A stretch of 46,848 nt of DNA from an uncultured Clostridium sp. (GCA_947426525.1 CANEEJ010000006.1:1-46848), one strand, 5' to 3'; positions 10,819 to 21,005 are shown, counted from the first letter of the stretch. Program-made: numbers and translations. Notes: generated by a model not told the origin, from the letters alone.

Positions 10819-12339
10819 ATGAGCAGAGGAAGAAGATATGAAGAACCAAAACTAAACTTAAAAAAAGTATTTGCAGTGATATTAGCGATTATTGTTTGTA
10901 TCATGTTTATTTGTATTATAAAAAGCATATTAACCAAAGATAAAGAACAAGGAAAAATAGCAAGCAAAGATTATCTAGTTGCATTTAAAGATAATAAATG
11001 GGGCGTTATTGATTCTGATGGAAATACTGTAATTGATCCATCTTATCAAGAAATGATAACCATACCAAACAGCAAGAAAGACGTGTTTTTATGTATTTAT
11101 GATGTAAATTACGAAACAGGAGAATATAAAACCAAAGCATTAAATAGCAAAAACGAAGAAATCTTTACACAATATGAGCAAATAGAAGCCATTTCCAATA
11201 AAGACAAAAACGACAATATTTGGTATGAAGACAATGCATTAAGAGTAAAAAAAGATGGAAAATATGGAACCATCAATCTAGAAGGAAAAGAATTAGCATC
11301 TTGTCAATATGAAGAAATAACTGCGATAGAAGGAATTAAAAATGCACTAAAAATAAAAAAAGACGGAAAAATAGGAGTTATTGATAGCGAAGGAAAAGCA
11401 GTTTTACCAACACAATATCAAGAGATTACCAACTTAGGAAAAGATAACAAAGAAGGATTTATTGTAAAAGCAGAAAATGGAAAATATGGGGTAGTAGACT
11501 ACTCTAATCAAACCATATTAGAAGCTAAATATGATGCTGTTGAAAGAATCCATGGAAATGACATGTATGTCGTAAAACAAGGAGAAAAACAGACATTAGT
11601 AAAAAAAGATGGAACAGAACAGCTAAAGGATGGATATGATGAAATTAAAGCCATTCTAAAAAATGCAGACCATGGCATTATCTACACCAAAAATGGAAAA
11701 TATGGTGTTATGAAAGTAACGGGAGAAGTAGCCATTCCAGCTGAATACGAAGAGCTAAAAGAAGCAAAAACGGGACTATTAATAGCAAAACAAAATGGAA
11801 AGTATGGAATTATCGACTTACAAAAAGAAACAAAAGTAGAAAACAAATATGTTTCTATATCTTACTATGAAAAAGCAGATATCTATATAGCAGAAAAAGA
11901 AAACTATGAAAATGATATTATCGATAATACATTTGCTATTCGCCAATCTGGAATATTAATTGACCTAGAAGAAGACAAAGGTTACATAGCATTAAAACAA
12001 GGAGAAGAATACAAATACTATAACTTCAAATTTGAAGAGAAAAAAGTAACAGAAATCCAAACAAGTAATACCTTATTTAAAAGTAAAAAAGATGGTAAAT
12101 ATGGATTTGTAGACAAAGAAGGAAAAGTAATAGTAGACTACCAATATGATGATGTGACAGAGCAAAACCGTTACGGTTATGCTGGAATAAAAAAAGATGG
12201 CAAATGGGGAGTTGTTGACAAAAAAGGAGACATTGTACAAGAACCAACCTATAATTTAGATGACTATTTAAAAATTGAATTTATAGGAAGATGGCATTTA
12301 GGAAAAGACATCAACATGAACTATTATAGAATAGATTAA
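10819..12339 (+). CDS. WG (KWG) repeat-containing membrane-anchored protein
   Basis: N-terminal TM, many 'KxGKYG(V/F)(I/V)D..G..(V/I)I...Y' repeats. Confidence 0.85.
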   Translation: MSRGRRYEEPKLNLKKVFAVILAIIVCIMFICIIKSILTKDKEQGKIASKDYLVAFKDNKWGVIDSDGNTVIDPSYQEMITIPNSKKDVFLCIYDVNYETGEYKTKALNSKNEEIFTQYEQIEAISNKDKNDNIWYEDNALRVKKDGKYGTINLEGKELASCQYEEITAIEGIKNALKIKKDGKIGVIDSEGKAVLPTQYQEITNLGKDNKEGFIVKAENGKYGVVDYSNQTILEAKYDAVERIHGNDMYVVKQGEKQTLVKKDGTEQLKDGYDEIKAILKNADHGIIYTKNGKYGVMKVTGEVAIPAEYEELKEAKTGLLIAKQNGKYGIIDLQKETKVENKYVSISYYEKADIYIAEKENYENDIIDNTFAIRQSGILIDLEEDKGYIALKQGEEYKYYNFKFEEKKVTEIQTSNTLFKSKKDGKYGFVDKEGKVIVDYQYDDVTEQNRYGYAGIKKDGKWGVVDKKGDIVQEPTYNLDDYLKIEFIGRWHLGKDINMNYYRID

Positions 12340-12359
12340 ATGAGACGGTGGGGAAAAAG

Positions 12360-13592
12360 ATGGAACTAAAGACGAATTATCAATATACTTACTTTATTCA
12401 TCCTTTTGTGATTAAGGATGGAAAATACCAAAGATACATACTAAAAATGTTAAAAAATAAGAATTGTAGTTTGAAAATCTTTCAAAAAGAAAAAGATTTT
12501 AAACTATATAAGTACTTCTTGCCTAAAATTAGAGATTTTTTATTCTCAAGTTTTAGTTATATGAATAGTAAATTAAAGAAATTGGAAGAATTACCAATTG
12601 AAACTAGAGCAGCTTTGTTAGCAAAAAATCCATGTAATATATTTGAATACACTTTGAAAAAAGACATTCAAGGAAAACTAGAACAAAGTAATGGGATATT
12701 TTTTAACATTCAAAAAATAGAAATCATATGTTTTTCTACAGGAATTAGTTTCTTAGCAATCAAAACCAATGTAGAAGAATATGCAGAATTTAGCAATGTA
12801 CTAAATTTTAATTATAAATTTAGAGATATTAATAGCGACTTAGCAGAATTAGAAAATTATGATAATATTCGAATTCAAACCGACAGTTTTGCAGATACCA
12901 AAACATTTCAAGAATTAATTCATAGTATAACAGGTTCAAATAGTGAGGCAGCAAGACTAAATATCGATACAGAAAGATTTTTAACCTATTCGTATGCTTG
13001 TATTGACCAAGAAGCTTGGAACCATGCGAAAAGTTTTGACGAAATAAAATATCAATTTGTTAAATATGCTAACATATTACCAGCTGACAATAGTAGAGAT
13101 TATGAATATGAAAAAGTAGAAACTTTTTCAAAATGGAAATATGCGAAATTAGGATTAACCAAATTAGGTATGACCTTATTTTCGTCTAGTAGCGATATGA
13201 ATAATTATACACTACTTCCAGAAGAATATGAAAATCAATACTTCTATACCTATATCTTTAATTTATATAAAAAAATATATTTAAGAAAAATAGAACTAGA
13301 GTTAAAAGACATTAAAAAAATAAAAAAAGCAAGAAAAAAATTCGTAGAATTCACTAAAAATTTGTGGATACAGGAAATTACAGAAGATGAAACAGGAACT
13401 TTGTTAAACGATAAACTACAAGAAGTTTTTGAATTAGACAAACTCTATAACCAAGTAAAATATAAATATGATGTATTATACAAAGAATTAAATTTTGAAA
13501 AAGAAAGAAAAGCAACAATAGTAATGGCAATCATTCTAGTCATTTCATTACTATTAAATATATTAAATTTTATGACATTAAAAGGAAAATGA
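12360..13592 (+). CDS. Hypothetical protein with C-terminal TM helix (possibly distant CorA-like)
   Basis: ~410-aa ORF with typical codon usage; helical region then one hydrophobic C-terminal helix. Family call is tentative. Confidence 0.6.
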   Translation: MELKTNYQYTYFIHPFVIKDGKYQRYILKMLKNKNCSLKIFQKEKDFKLYKYFLPKIRDFLFSSFSYMNSKLKKLEELPIETRAALLAKNPCNIFEYTLKKDIQGKLEQSNGIFFNIQKIEIICFSTGISFLAIKTNVEEYAEFSNVLNFNYKFRDINSDLAELENYDNIRIQTDSFADTKTFQELIHSITGSNSEAARLNIDTERFLTYSYACIDQEAWNHAKSFDEIKYQFVKYANILPADNSRDYEYEKVETFSKWKYAKLGLTKLGMTLFSSSSDMNNYTLLPEEYENQYFYTYIFNLYKKIYLRKIELELKDIKKIKKARKKFVEFTKNLWIQEITEDETGTLLNDKLQEVFELDKLYNQVKYKYDVLYKELNFEKERKATIVMAIILVISLLLNILNFMTLKGK

Positions 13593-13625
13593 GACAGTGG
13601 GGACAGGTCTTTTATGTCTCATTTT
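13586..13625. repeat. AAAATGAGACA..TGTCTCATTTT hairpin with GGGGACAGG loop
   Basis: 11-bp inverted repeat; related copy at 41870-41911, partial copies at ~12338-12353, ~18567-18590, ~26041-26069. Confidence 0.8.
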
Positions 13626-13657
13626 AAAAATAATGAAATAGGAAAAGAGGAAGACAA

Positions 13658-14038
13658 ATGAAAATTTGTTGTGGGACAGATATTATTGAAATAGAAAGAA
13701 TTAAAAAAAGTATAGAAGATGAAAAGATGGGAAAAGCCTTTATAGAAAGAGTTTATACGAAAAAAGAAATTGAATATTGTGAAAGCAAAAAAACACAGAA
13801 ATATCAACACTATGCTGCGAGGTTTGCTGCTAAAGAAGCAGCTTTTAAAGCAATTTCCGAACAATTAGAAGATAAATATGCTATTACATGGAAAAATATA
13901 GAAGTTGTTAATAATAAGCAAGGAAGACCAGAACTAAACTTAATTGGAATTGACTTAAATGAGATTGAAGATATTGATTTAAGTATATCCCATTGTAAGC
14001 AGTATGCGGTGGCAAATGTTACGTTGTTACGAAAATAA
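13658..14038 (+). CDS. acpS: Holo-[acyl-carrier-protein] synthase
   Basis: GTDIIEIERI, AARFAAKEAAFKA, GRP, LSISH motifs; 126 aa. Confidence 0.95.
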   Translation: MKICCGTDIIEIERIKKSIEDEKMGKAFIERVYTKKEIEYCESKKTQKYQHYAARFAAKEAAFKAISEQLEDKYAITWKNIEVVNNKQGRPELNLIGIDLNEIEDIDLSISHCKQYAVANVTLLRK

Positions 14039-14040
14039 AT

Positions 14041-14071
14041 ATTGCCAAAAAGGACCGTCCCTATTGGCAAT
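14041..14071. repeat. ATTGCCAA..TTGGCAAT hairpin with GTCCC in loop
   Basis: Related copy at 25931-25973. Confidence 0.75.
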
Positions 14072-14083
14072 TTGGAGGTTGAG

Positions 14084-14864
14084 ATGGAATTATTTGATAG
14101 TCATGCTCATTTGGATGATGAAAAATTTGATGAAGATAGGGAAGCCTTGATTGAACAGATTAGGGAAGCGGGAGTAAGTAATTTTATATCTGCTGGTTAT
14201 AGCTTAGAAGGTTCTAAAAAAGGACTAGAATTAGCTCAAAAATATGATTTTATTTATACAACAGTAGGTATTTCACCAAATGATGTTCCACAAACAGAAG
14301 AGGAATTGTGGAAAATGTTAAGAGAAATTGAGCAAATGGCAAAACAAAGTGAGAAAGTAGTGGCAATTGGAGAAATTGGGTTAGATTATTATTGGGCAAA
14401 AGAAAATAAGGAGTTGCAGAAATTGGCTTTTACAAAACAAATTGAGTTAGCAAATCAATTAGAAAAGCCAATTGTTATTCATACACGAGAAGCGGTTATG
14501 GATACTTTAGAAATACTAAAACAAAATGAAGTGATAAAAAGAGGTGTATTTCATTGTTGTCCACTTAATAGGGAACTAGTAAAAGAGGCTTTAAAATTGG
14601 GATTTTATATTTCTTTTGCAGGTCCAGTAACATTTAAAAATTCAAAAAATGTAGATGAGATAATTCGGATTGGTTCCAAATGATAGAATGTTAATTGAGA
14701 CGGATAGCCCTTATTTATCGCCAGAACCTTTAAGAGGAAGAAGGAATGACCCTAGAAATGTTAAATATATAGCTCAAAAAGTAGCTGACGTGAAGCAAAT
14801 GAGTTTAGAAGAAGTGGCTCAACTAACTTTTGAAAATGCAAAAAGAATATTTAATATAAAATAG
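14084..14864 (+). CDS. tatD: TatD family deoxyribonuclease, ~259 aa, needs +1 frameshift at CGG 14666-14668
   Basis: FDSHAHL, AIGEIGLDY, IHTREA, GVFHC in first ORF; conserved ETDSPY and ENAKRIF only in the +1 frame (14670..14864). ATG 14084 after GGAGG. Confidence 0.92.
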
Positions 14865-14892
14865 AACATGTAGTGTAATGCTACATGTTTTT
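14864..14892. terminator. Terminator between convergent tatD and htpX
   Basis: AACATGTAG / CTACATGTT stem plus T-run. Confidence 0.7.
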
Positions 14893-14912
14893 ATTTCTAT
14901 TAGAAAAGTTAT

Positions 14913-15818
14913 TTATTTCAAATTCCTCAAAGCTTCAATTCTATCTTCAATACTAGGATGAGTAGACCATAGGCTAGAAGATTTCTTTTTTCCTTCCTTT
15001 GTATTTTGTTTAAAAGGATTAACAATATACATATTAGCAGTAGCACTGTTGGCTGTAGCCAGCTGATTGTCATCACTATCCAATTTTTGAAGGGCAGAAA
15101 TTAGACCATCTGGATTACGGGTGAATTCAATAGCTGTACTATCTGCTAGAAATTCTCTTTTTCTAGAAAGAGCCAATTGCATCAAAGAACCAAAAATAGG
15201 AGATAATATTAAAAAGATAAGTCCAATTATCATTAAAATACCATTCCCTTTGTTATCACTGTCTCTATCATCATCCAGTCCTCCCCAAAATAGAGCACGT
15301 GAAAAAATGTCAGAAAGCATAACCATAAATCCAACCATAACAGAAACAATACAGCTAAGACGAATGTCATAGTTTTTGATATGACTTAGTTCGTGAGCAA
15401 TAACGCCTTCTAATTCATAATAATCCAATTTTTCTAAGAGACCAGTTGTAACACAGATAACAGCATTTTCTGGATTTCTTCCTGTGGCAAAGGCATTTGG
15501 TTGAGAATCTTCTGTAACATACAATCTAGGTTTAACTGGTAAACCAGAAGTAACCATTAAAGCATCTAAAATATTTACAATTTTTAAATCTTCTTCTTTT
15601 GTAGCAGGTCTAGCATGACTTAATGATAGAACGATTTGGTCGCTATAATAATAAGAACCCCAAGCTGAAGCGATAGAGAAGACAAGTGCAATTACAATTG
15701 AAATAGGACCTAAATCTAATGCATGACAGATGTAATAAACAATCAAGGTAATAACGATGATAAAAATACCGATGATTACACCTGATTCCGTTTTATTTTT
15801 CTTTATATTTTCAAACAT
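14913..15818 (-). CDS. htpX: Zinc metalloprotease HtpX (peptidase M48)
   Basis: PNAFATG, HELSH, SRKREFLAD, STHP motifs; likely start ATG 15818 after AAGGA. Confidence 0.93.
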   Translation of the reverse strand: MFENIKKNKTESGVIIGIFIIVITLIVYYICHALDLGPISIVIALVFSIASAWGSYYYSDQIVLSLSHARPATKEEDLKIVNILDALMVTSGLPVKPRLYVTEDSQPNAFATGRNPENAVICVTTGLLEKLDYYELEGVIAHELSHIKNYDIRLSCIVSVMVGFMVMLSDIFSRALFWGGLDDDRDSDNKGNGILMIIGLIFLILSPIFGSLMQLALSRKREFLADSTAIEFTRNPDGLISALQKLDSDDNQLATANSATANMYIVNPFKQNTKEGKKKSSSLWSTHPSIEDRIEALRNLK

Positions 15819-15880
15819 TTTAAAATCCTTTCTTAATAAGATAAAGGCTGGAAATTGTTCCAACCTCCAACCTCATTATC

Positions 15881-16435
15881 TTATGAAAAATCTACTTTTA
15901 CATTTTTTCTAGCTTCATCGTTTTCTGTTCTAAATAATTCTTTTGCTGTAAAATTAAACATATTAGCGATGATGTTAGAAGGGAATACTTGTAATTTTGT
16001 GTTATACATTGTTACCGTATCATTATAGAATTGTCTAGAAAAAGAAATTTTATTTTCTGTATTTCTTAGTTCTTCTGATAAATCTGAAAAGTTTTGATTT
16101 GCTTTTAGTTCTGGATAATTTTCAGAAACAGCCATAATGGTTTTTAAAGCAGTAGATAATTGATTATCTAAATCAGCTTTTTCAGCAACACTTTGTGTAT
16201 TTGCCCAAGAAGTTCTAAGTGCAGCTATTTTTTCAAAAGTTTCTTTTTCATGGTTCATATAACCTTTTACTGTTTCTACAAAATTTGGTATTAAATCAAA
16301 TCTTCTTTGTAGTTGTACATCAATTTGACTCCAAGCATTGTCTACTTTTATTTTAGATTGTACTAAACTATTGTACATTCCAATAATGGCAATAACAAGG
16401 ATAACAACGATTGCTAATATAATCCAACCAATCAT
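15881..16435 (-). CDS. lemA: LemA family protein
   Basis: N-terminal TM, 'AWSQIDVQLQRRFDLIPN', 'YPELKANQNF', 'FPSNIIA'; upstream of htpX as usual. Confidence 0.95.
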   Translation of the reverse strand: MIGWIILAIVVILVIAIIGMYNSLVQSKIKVDNAWSQIDVQLQRRFDLIPNFVETVKGYMNHEKETFEKIAALRTSWANTQSVAEKADLDNQLSTALKTIMAVSENYPELKANQNFSDLSEELRNTENKISFSRQFYNDTVTMYNTKLQVFPSNIIANMFNFTAKELFRTENDEARKNVKVDFS

Positions 16436-16470
16436 GTGAATTCCTCCTTAATTTCTAGTATATACAAAGT

Positions 16471-16499
16471 ATGATATCATATTAAAAAAAATTATACAA
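16471..16499 (-). promoter_or_regulatory. Putative SigA promoter for lemA-htpX
   Basis: Minus strand TTGTAT-17bp-TATCAT with TG extension. Confidence 0.5.
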
Positions 16500-16689
16500 T
16501 AAAATTGTGAAAATATTGTGAAAAATATTACAATTCAGTAACTTTATTTTTATAAAAGTTAATCTATTTTTTGTTTTTTATTGAATTGTAACAAAAAAAT
16601 CAGTCATATTTTAAAAATTCATACATATAATATAAGAAACGATTATATAGTAAAGAGGGACAAAGAGTAATACCTAAAATTTACCAAAT

Positions 16690-16718
16690 TTGACAAAAAA
16701 AGATAAAAATGTTATAAT
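16690..16718 (+). promoter_or_regulatory. Consensus SigA promoter
   Basis: TTGACA-17bp-TATAAT with TG extended -10. Confidence 0.85.
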
Positions 16719-16752
16719 GTAATTGTTGCCAAAAAGGAGGTAATTAATTTAT

Positions 16753-17679
16753 ATGAAAAAAGAAGAAAAAGCTTCGCTTTCTATAATGAAAATCATCTGT
16801 ATTAGCATCATATTAATCCTAATTTCAGGAATTGGTGTTATGGCAGTAAACACAAAATTAAGTGATGTCAAAATTATTTTACAAAATGGATATGAAATGA
16901 CAGCACTTACATCAAAAACGAAAGTATCTGAAATATTAGAAGAAAATAATATCTTGTTAGAAGAAAATCAAAAAACAATACCAGACTTAAATAGTGAAAT
17001 AACAGCAGGAGAAAGTATTAAAATTACAGATAAGTCATACCAAGAAGTTCAAATTGCTAAAATAGAAGAACAAGGTGTAGAAACATCATTAAACCAATTA
17101 CTAGAAAATTATGCACCAATCACAGAAAAAATAGTAGTAGAACAAGTAGCAATACCATATGAAACCATAACCAAAAATGCAACAGGAGATACAACAAACG
17201 CAACCAATAAAGTCTTAAAACAAGGGCAAGATGGATTAAAAGAAGTAACTTATAAAGTAAAATACCAAAATGAAATAGAAATTGAAAAAATAGCATTATC
17301 AGAAGTAGTGGTAAAAGAACCAGTTAACAAAATTGTGCAAGTTCAAAAAGTAGCGACATCAAGAGCATCTACTTTACCAAGAACAAGTGATAGCACAGGA
17401 GGAACAACGTTCAAAGTAACTGCTTACTGTCCATGTGCAAAATGTTGTGGAAAGGCATCTGGAAGAACCGCAGCGGGAACAAAGGCAACAGCAGGAAGAA
17501 CCGTAGCAGCATCTAGCCAGTTCGCATTTGGAACAAAATTAAACATTGGAGGACACACCTATGTAGTAGAAGACAGAGGTGGAGCTGTAAAAGGTAACAA
17601 AATTGATATTTTCGTAAACTCTCATGCCGAAGCTTTACAATGGGGAGTTAGATACTTAAACGTTAATGTAGTAAATTAA
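16753..17679 (+). CDS. YabE-like cell-wall protein (DUF348 + G5 + 3D domains)
   Basis: N-terminal TM; G5 'VLKQGQDGLKEVTY..KEPVNKIV'; 3D 'VTAYC..VEDRGGAVKGNKIDIF..ALQWG'. Confidence 0.88.
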   Translation: MKKEEKASLSIMKIICISIILILISGIGVMAVNTKLSDVKIILQNGYEMTALTSKTKVSEILEENNILLEENQKTIPDLNSEITAGESIKITDKSYQEVQIAKIEEQGVETSLNQLLENYAPITEKIVVEQVAIPYETITKNATGDTTNATNKVLKQGQDGLKEVTYKVKYQNEIEIEKIALSEVVVKEPVNKIVQVQKVATSRASTLPRTSDSTGGTTFKVTAYCPCAKCCGKASGRTAAGTKATAGRTVAASSQFAFGTKLNIGGHTYVVEDRGGAVKGNKIDIFVNSHAEALQWGVRYLNVNVVN

Positions 17680-17701
17680 TTAAATAAGAAAAAGTAGAAA
17701 G

Positions 17702-17732
17702 AATAGCAAGAACATAAAAACTTGCTATTTTT
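17702..17732 (+). terminator. Intrinsic terminator
   Basis: AATAGCAAG / CTTGCTATT plus T-run. Confidence 0.65.
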
Positions 17733-17755
17733 CTTGTTTTATAGTAAAATAACGA

Positions 17756-17789
17756 TGATGTTTTTGGGGACGGGGTCAAAAAACATCGC
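17756..17789. repeat. 34-bp hairpin element with GGGACGGGGTC core, copy 1
   Basis: 33/34 identical to 25987-26020; stem GATGTTTTT/AAAAACATC. Confidence 0.9.
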
Positions 17790-17806
17790 AAGGAAGGAAG
17801 TAAAAA

Positions 17807-18560
17807 ATGAAATTAATTTCATGGAATGTGAATGGAATACGAGCATGTGTTAATAAAGGTTTTAAAGAATTTTTTGAGCAAATAGAAGCAGACATATTTT
17901 GTATACAAGAAACGAAATGTCAACCAGAACAAATTGATTTAGTGTTTGAAGGATATCAAAGTTATTGGAATAGTGCAGAAAAAAAGGGATATTCAGGAAC
18001 TGCTATCTTTACCAAAAAGAAACCGATTACAGTGAGCTATGGCATAGGAATAGATGAACATGATAAAGAAGGAAGAATTATAACATTAGAATTTGAAAAA
18101 TTTTATTTGGTCAATAATTATACACCAAATTCTAAAAGGGGATTGGAAAGATTAGCATATAGACAGATTTGGGAAGATGAAATTAGAAAATATTTATTAC
18201 AATTAAATCAAAAGAAACCAGTTATTATGTGTGGTGACTTAAATGTAGCACATCAAGCAATCGACTTGAAAAATCCCAAAACAAATAGAGGAAATGCTGG
18301 ATTTACAGACGAAGAAAGAGAAAAAATGACACAATTGTTGGAAGCAGGATTTACCGATAGTTTTCGTTACTTGTATCCAGACAAAGAAAATGCTTATAGT
18401 TGGTGGTCTTATATGGGACGAGCAAGAGAAAAAAATGTAGGATGGAGAATAGACTATTTTATTGTATCTAATGATATGCAAAAACAAATTAAAGAAGCAA
18501 CGATTTATCCAGAAATAATGGGTAGTGACCATTGTCCTGTACGGACTAGAACTTAAATAA
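17807..18560 (+). CDS. exoA: Exodeoxyribonuclease III (ExoA/Xth); C-terminus probably via +1 shift at CGG 18542-18544
   Basis: SWNVNG, QETK, GYSG, GDLNVAH, GWRIDY, GSDHCPV motifs. Zero frame ends RTRT* (18556); +1 frame ends GLELK* (18560). Confidence 0.92.
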
Positions 18561-18588
18561 GAAGATTTTGAGACAGTTGGGGACAGGT

Positions 18589-18673
18589 CCAAAACACGAC
18601 ACAATGTCTAGTTGAGTGCCTGTCCCAAAACACGACACAATGTCTGGTTAGGTGCCTGTCCCAAAATACGACA
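18589..18673. repeat. 36-bp tandem repeat (~2.4 copies) carrying CCTGTCCC
   Basis: Units 18589-18624 and 18625-18660 plus a partial third; complementary GGGACAGG lies just upstream at 18580-18587. Confidence 0.85.
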
Positions 18674-18695
18674 AAGTGAAAGAAAGGATGATAAA

Positions 18696-19853
18696 ATGAA
18701 CGAATTAAAAAATCATGGAAAGAAATGGTTATACTGGTTTGTACTAGCAGTAGCTATTATAATTGTATATAAAGCTTTAGATAATTTTGCAGATGTCATG
18801 GGAGCAGTTATGAAATTTTTTGATATTATTACCCCATTTTTGGTGGGGATTTTTATCAGTTATTTGTTGTATATGCCATGCAAAAAGACAGAAGAAGCAT
18901 ATAAGAAATCAAAGATAAAGTTGATAGCCAAAAAATCTCGTGCTTTGGGGATTTTGACGGTGTATCTTGTTATTTTATTGTTACTTATTATACTGATTAA
19001 TTTTATTTTGCCAGTGGTGTTTGAAAGTGTAGTAGATTTGATTAATAATATACAGAATTATTATGAGATAGCAATTAGTAAATATAATCATTTACCAGAA
19101 GATAATATTTTAAAAAGTGATATGGTAAATGATGTAATACAAAATGTCCAAAATCTTGATATTAAACAATATTTTCAATTAGATAAGATATTAGCTTATG
19201 TTATGAGTGCGATTGACGCTGTAACTGGATTATTTGATGTAGTAGTTGCGGTGATTGTTTCTATCTACATTTTAGCAGAAAGAGTACAAATTTTAAGTGC
19301 TATTAAAAAAATGGCAGAAGCAGTACTTAAAGAAAGAACATACAGAAACCTAGGAAAGTATTTTGACAATTCAAATGAGATTTTCTTTAAGTTTATTGCT
19401 AGCCAATTTTTAGATGCTATTATTGTGGGAATTTTGGTAACTATTGCGATGACGATTATGGGAATTCGTTATGCACCATTACTAGGGTTTTTAATCGGAT
19501 TGTTTAATATGATACCATACATTGGAGCGATTATTGCAGTAGCGATTGCAGCACTTATTACACTTATAACAGGAGGAATATCACAAGCAATTTGGATGCT
19601 AATTGTAGTAGTTATTTTACAACAAATTGATGCTAATATTATCAATCCTAAGATTATAGGACAATCTTTAAAAATAAGTCCACTGTTAGTTATATTTGCG
19701 ATTACAGTGGGAGGAGCTTATTTTGGTATTTTAGGAATGTTTTTAGCAGTGCCAGCCATTGCAGTGATTCGAATTGTAGTAGAAGATTATATTGATTATA
19801 AAATAGCTATTCGTAAAGAGATACAACAAAAACAAATGAAAGAAACATTTTAA
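18696..19853 (+). CDS. AI-2E family transporter (PerM/YhhT-like)
   Basis: Multi-TM; 'NMIPYIG', 'QQIDANIINPKIIG', 'GGAYFGILGMFLAVP'. ATG 18696 after AAGGA; the longer ORF start runs through the repeat. Confidence 0.92.
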   Translation: MNELKNHGKKWLYWFVLAVAIIIVYKALDNFADVMGAVMKFFDIITPFLVGIFISYLLYMPCKKTEEAYKKSKIKLIAKKSRALGILTVYLVILLLLIILINFILPVVFESVVDLINNIQNYYEIAISKYNHLPEDNILKSDMVNDVIQNVQNLDIKQYFQLDKILAYVMSAIDAVTGLFDVVVAVIVSIYILAERVQILSAIKKMAEAVLKERTYRNLGKYFDNSNEIFFKFIASQFLDAIIVGILVTIAMTIMGIRYAPLLGFLIGLFNMIPYIGAIIAVAIAALITLITGGISQAIWMLIVVVILQQIDANIINPKIIGQSLKISPLLVIFAITVGGAYFGILGMFLAVPAIAVIRIVVEDYIDYKIAIRKEIQQKQMKETF

Positions 19854-20048
19854 ACCTAACACCATTGTAATAAAATTGACATGAACTTTTTATTAAAATG
19901 TAATAAGAAAATAGAAATACCTGAAAGGCGTAAAATCGTAGTAATAACAATATAAGGTATAAAAAAAGTTAGAAAAGTGATATTGACAAAGTAAAGAAGG
20001 TTTTAATACTGTTTTAATAAGAAAAAGACTTTTTGAAAGGAAGATAGT

Positions 20049-20981
20049 ATGAATACCGGTCATTTTTGCTAAAGGTAATATCGTACAGGCGAAAGAAACT
20101 ACAAAGAATGTTTGGAATTTTTTCAACTTAATTTCTAGTAATTTGATAAAAAGTAATATAGCACAAACACAAGCAACAAGTAGGTTTGATATTTTGGAAA
20201 ACGAAGACAATAGTGTAATGGGAATTCTTACAGATGGAGTTCTTACGATACAAGGAACAGGAAGAATGAAAAACTATTACTCAACATAAAAAGCACCATG
20301 GTTTGATAATCGTTCGAGTATAGAAACAGTAAAGATAGAAGAGGGTGTTACCAATATTGGTAGTATGCTTTTTTATAGTTGTCACAATTTAGCAAGCATA
20401 AAAATATCTTCCACTGTTACAGAAATAGAAGTGAGTTTTATCAGTGGATGTAGCAATTTAACGAAAATAGAAATTTCAGAAAATGTTGCCTATCTAGGGG
20501 CAGATGTATTTAAAAATCATAATGAAGATTTAGTAATTTATTGCCAAAGAGAATCTAAGGCGGGGGAATATGCAGAGACTCATAAGATAAAATTATAGCA
20601 TAATAGAAAAAATTGTAGAAAGTATAAAAATTAAGACAAAACCGGATAAAATAAATTATTATGTAGGAGAAACGCTAAATATAGAAGGGTTAACAATAGA
20701 AGTGACATATGATGATGGTACAAGAGAAATAATACAAGAAGGGTTTACTTGCACACCAACTGTTTTAACAAAAGAAGCCAAAGAAATAACAGTAGCTTAC
20801 CAAGGTGCTCAAACCATTTTTTCAGTAAATGTAACAGAAAGACAATCAGGTAACGACGACAACAATAACAACAATAATAAAGACAATAGTAACAACAATA
20901 GTGCAAATTAAGATTGCAACTAAAATATTGCCTAAAACAGGAACAGGAGTAGCAATTTTAGTAGGTATTAAAAAAATATAA
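20049..20981 (+). pseudogene. Decayed BspA-type LRR + bacterial Ig-like + LPKTG surface protein
   Basis: 'GVLTIQGTGRMKNY..*KAPW..IEEGVTNIG' with in-frame TAA at 20287; frame changes near 20590 and 20910; 'PDKINYYVGETLNIEGL' Ig-like; Asn-rich linker; LPKTG at 20928 with truncated TM. Confidence 0.8.
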
Positions 20982-21005
20982 GAATATATAAGAATATATA
21001 AAAAT

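Noticed and set aside
12340-12360. ATG AGA CGG upstream of the 12360 gene as a fifth CGG shift
   Set aside because: A +1 shift at 12346 does not enter the gene's frame; the sequence is a partial repeat element.
14042-14083. N-terminal extensions of tatD, htpX (15863) and AI-2E (18612) in the ORF track
   Set aside because: They run through hairpin or repeat DNA; better RBS-associated ATGs lie downstream.
18589-18673. 36-bp repeats as a CRISPR array
   Set aside because: Units are head-to-tail with no unique spacers and no cas genes.
20049-20981. Frame changes here as further programmed recoding
   Set aside because: Not at in-frame CGG, accompanied by an in-frame TAA and truncated anchor; ordinary decay fits better.
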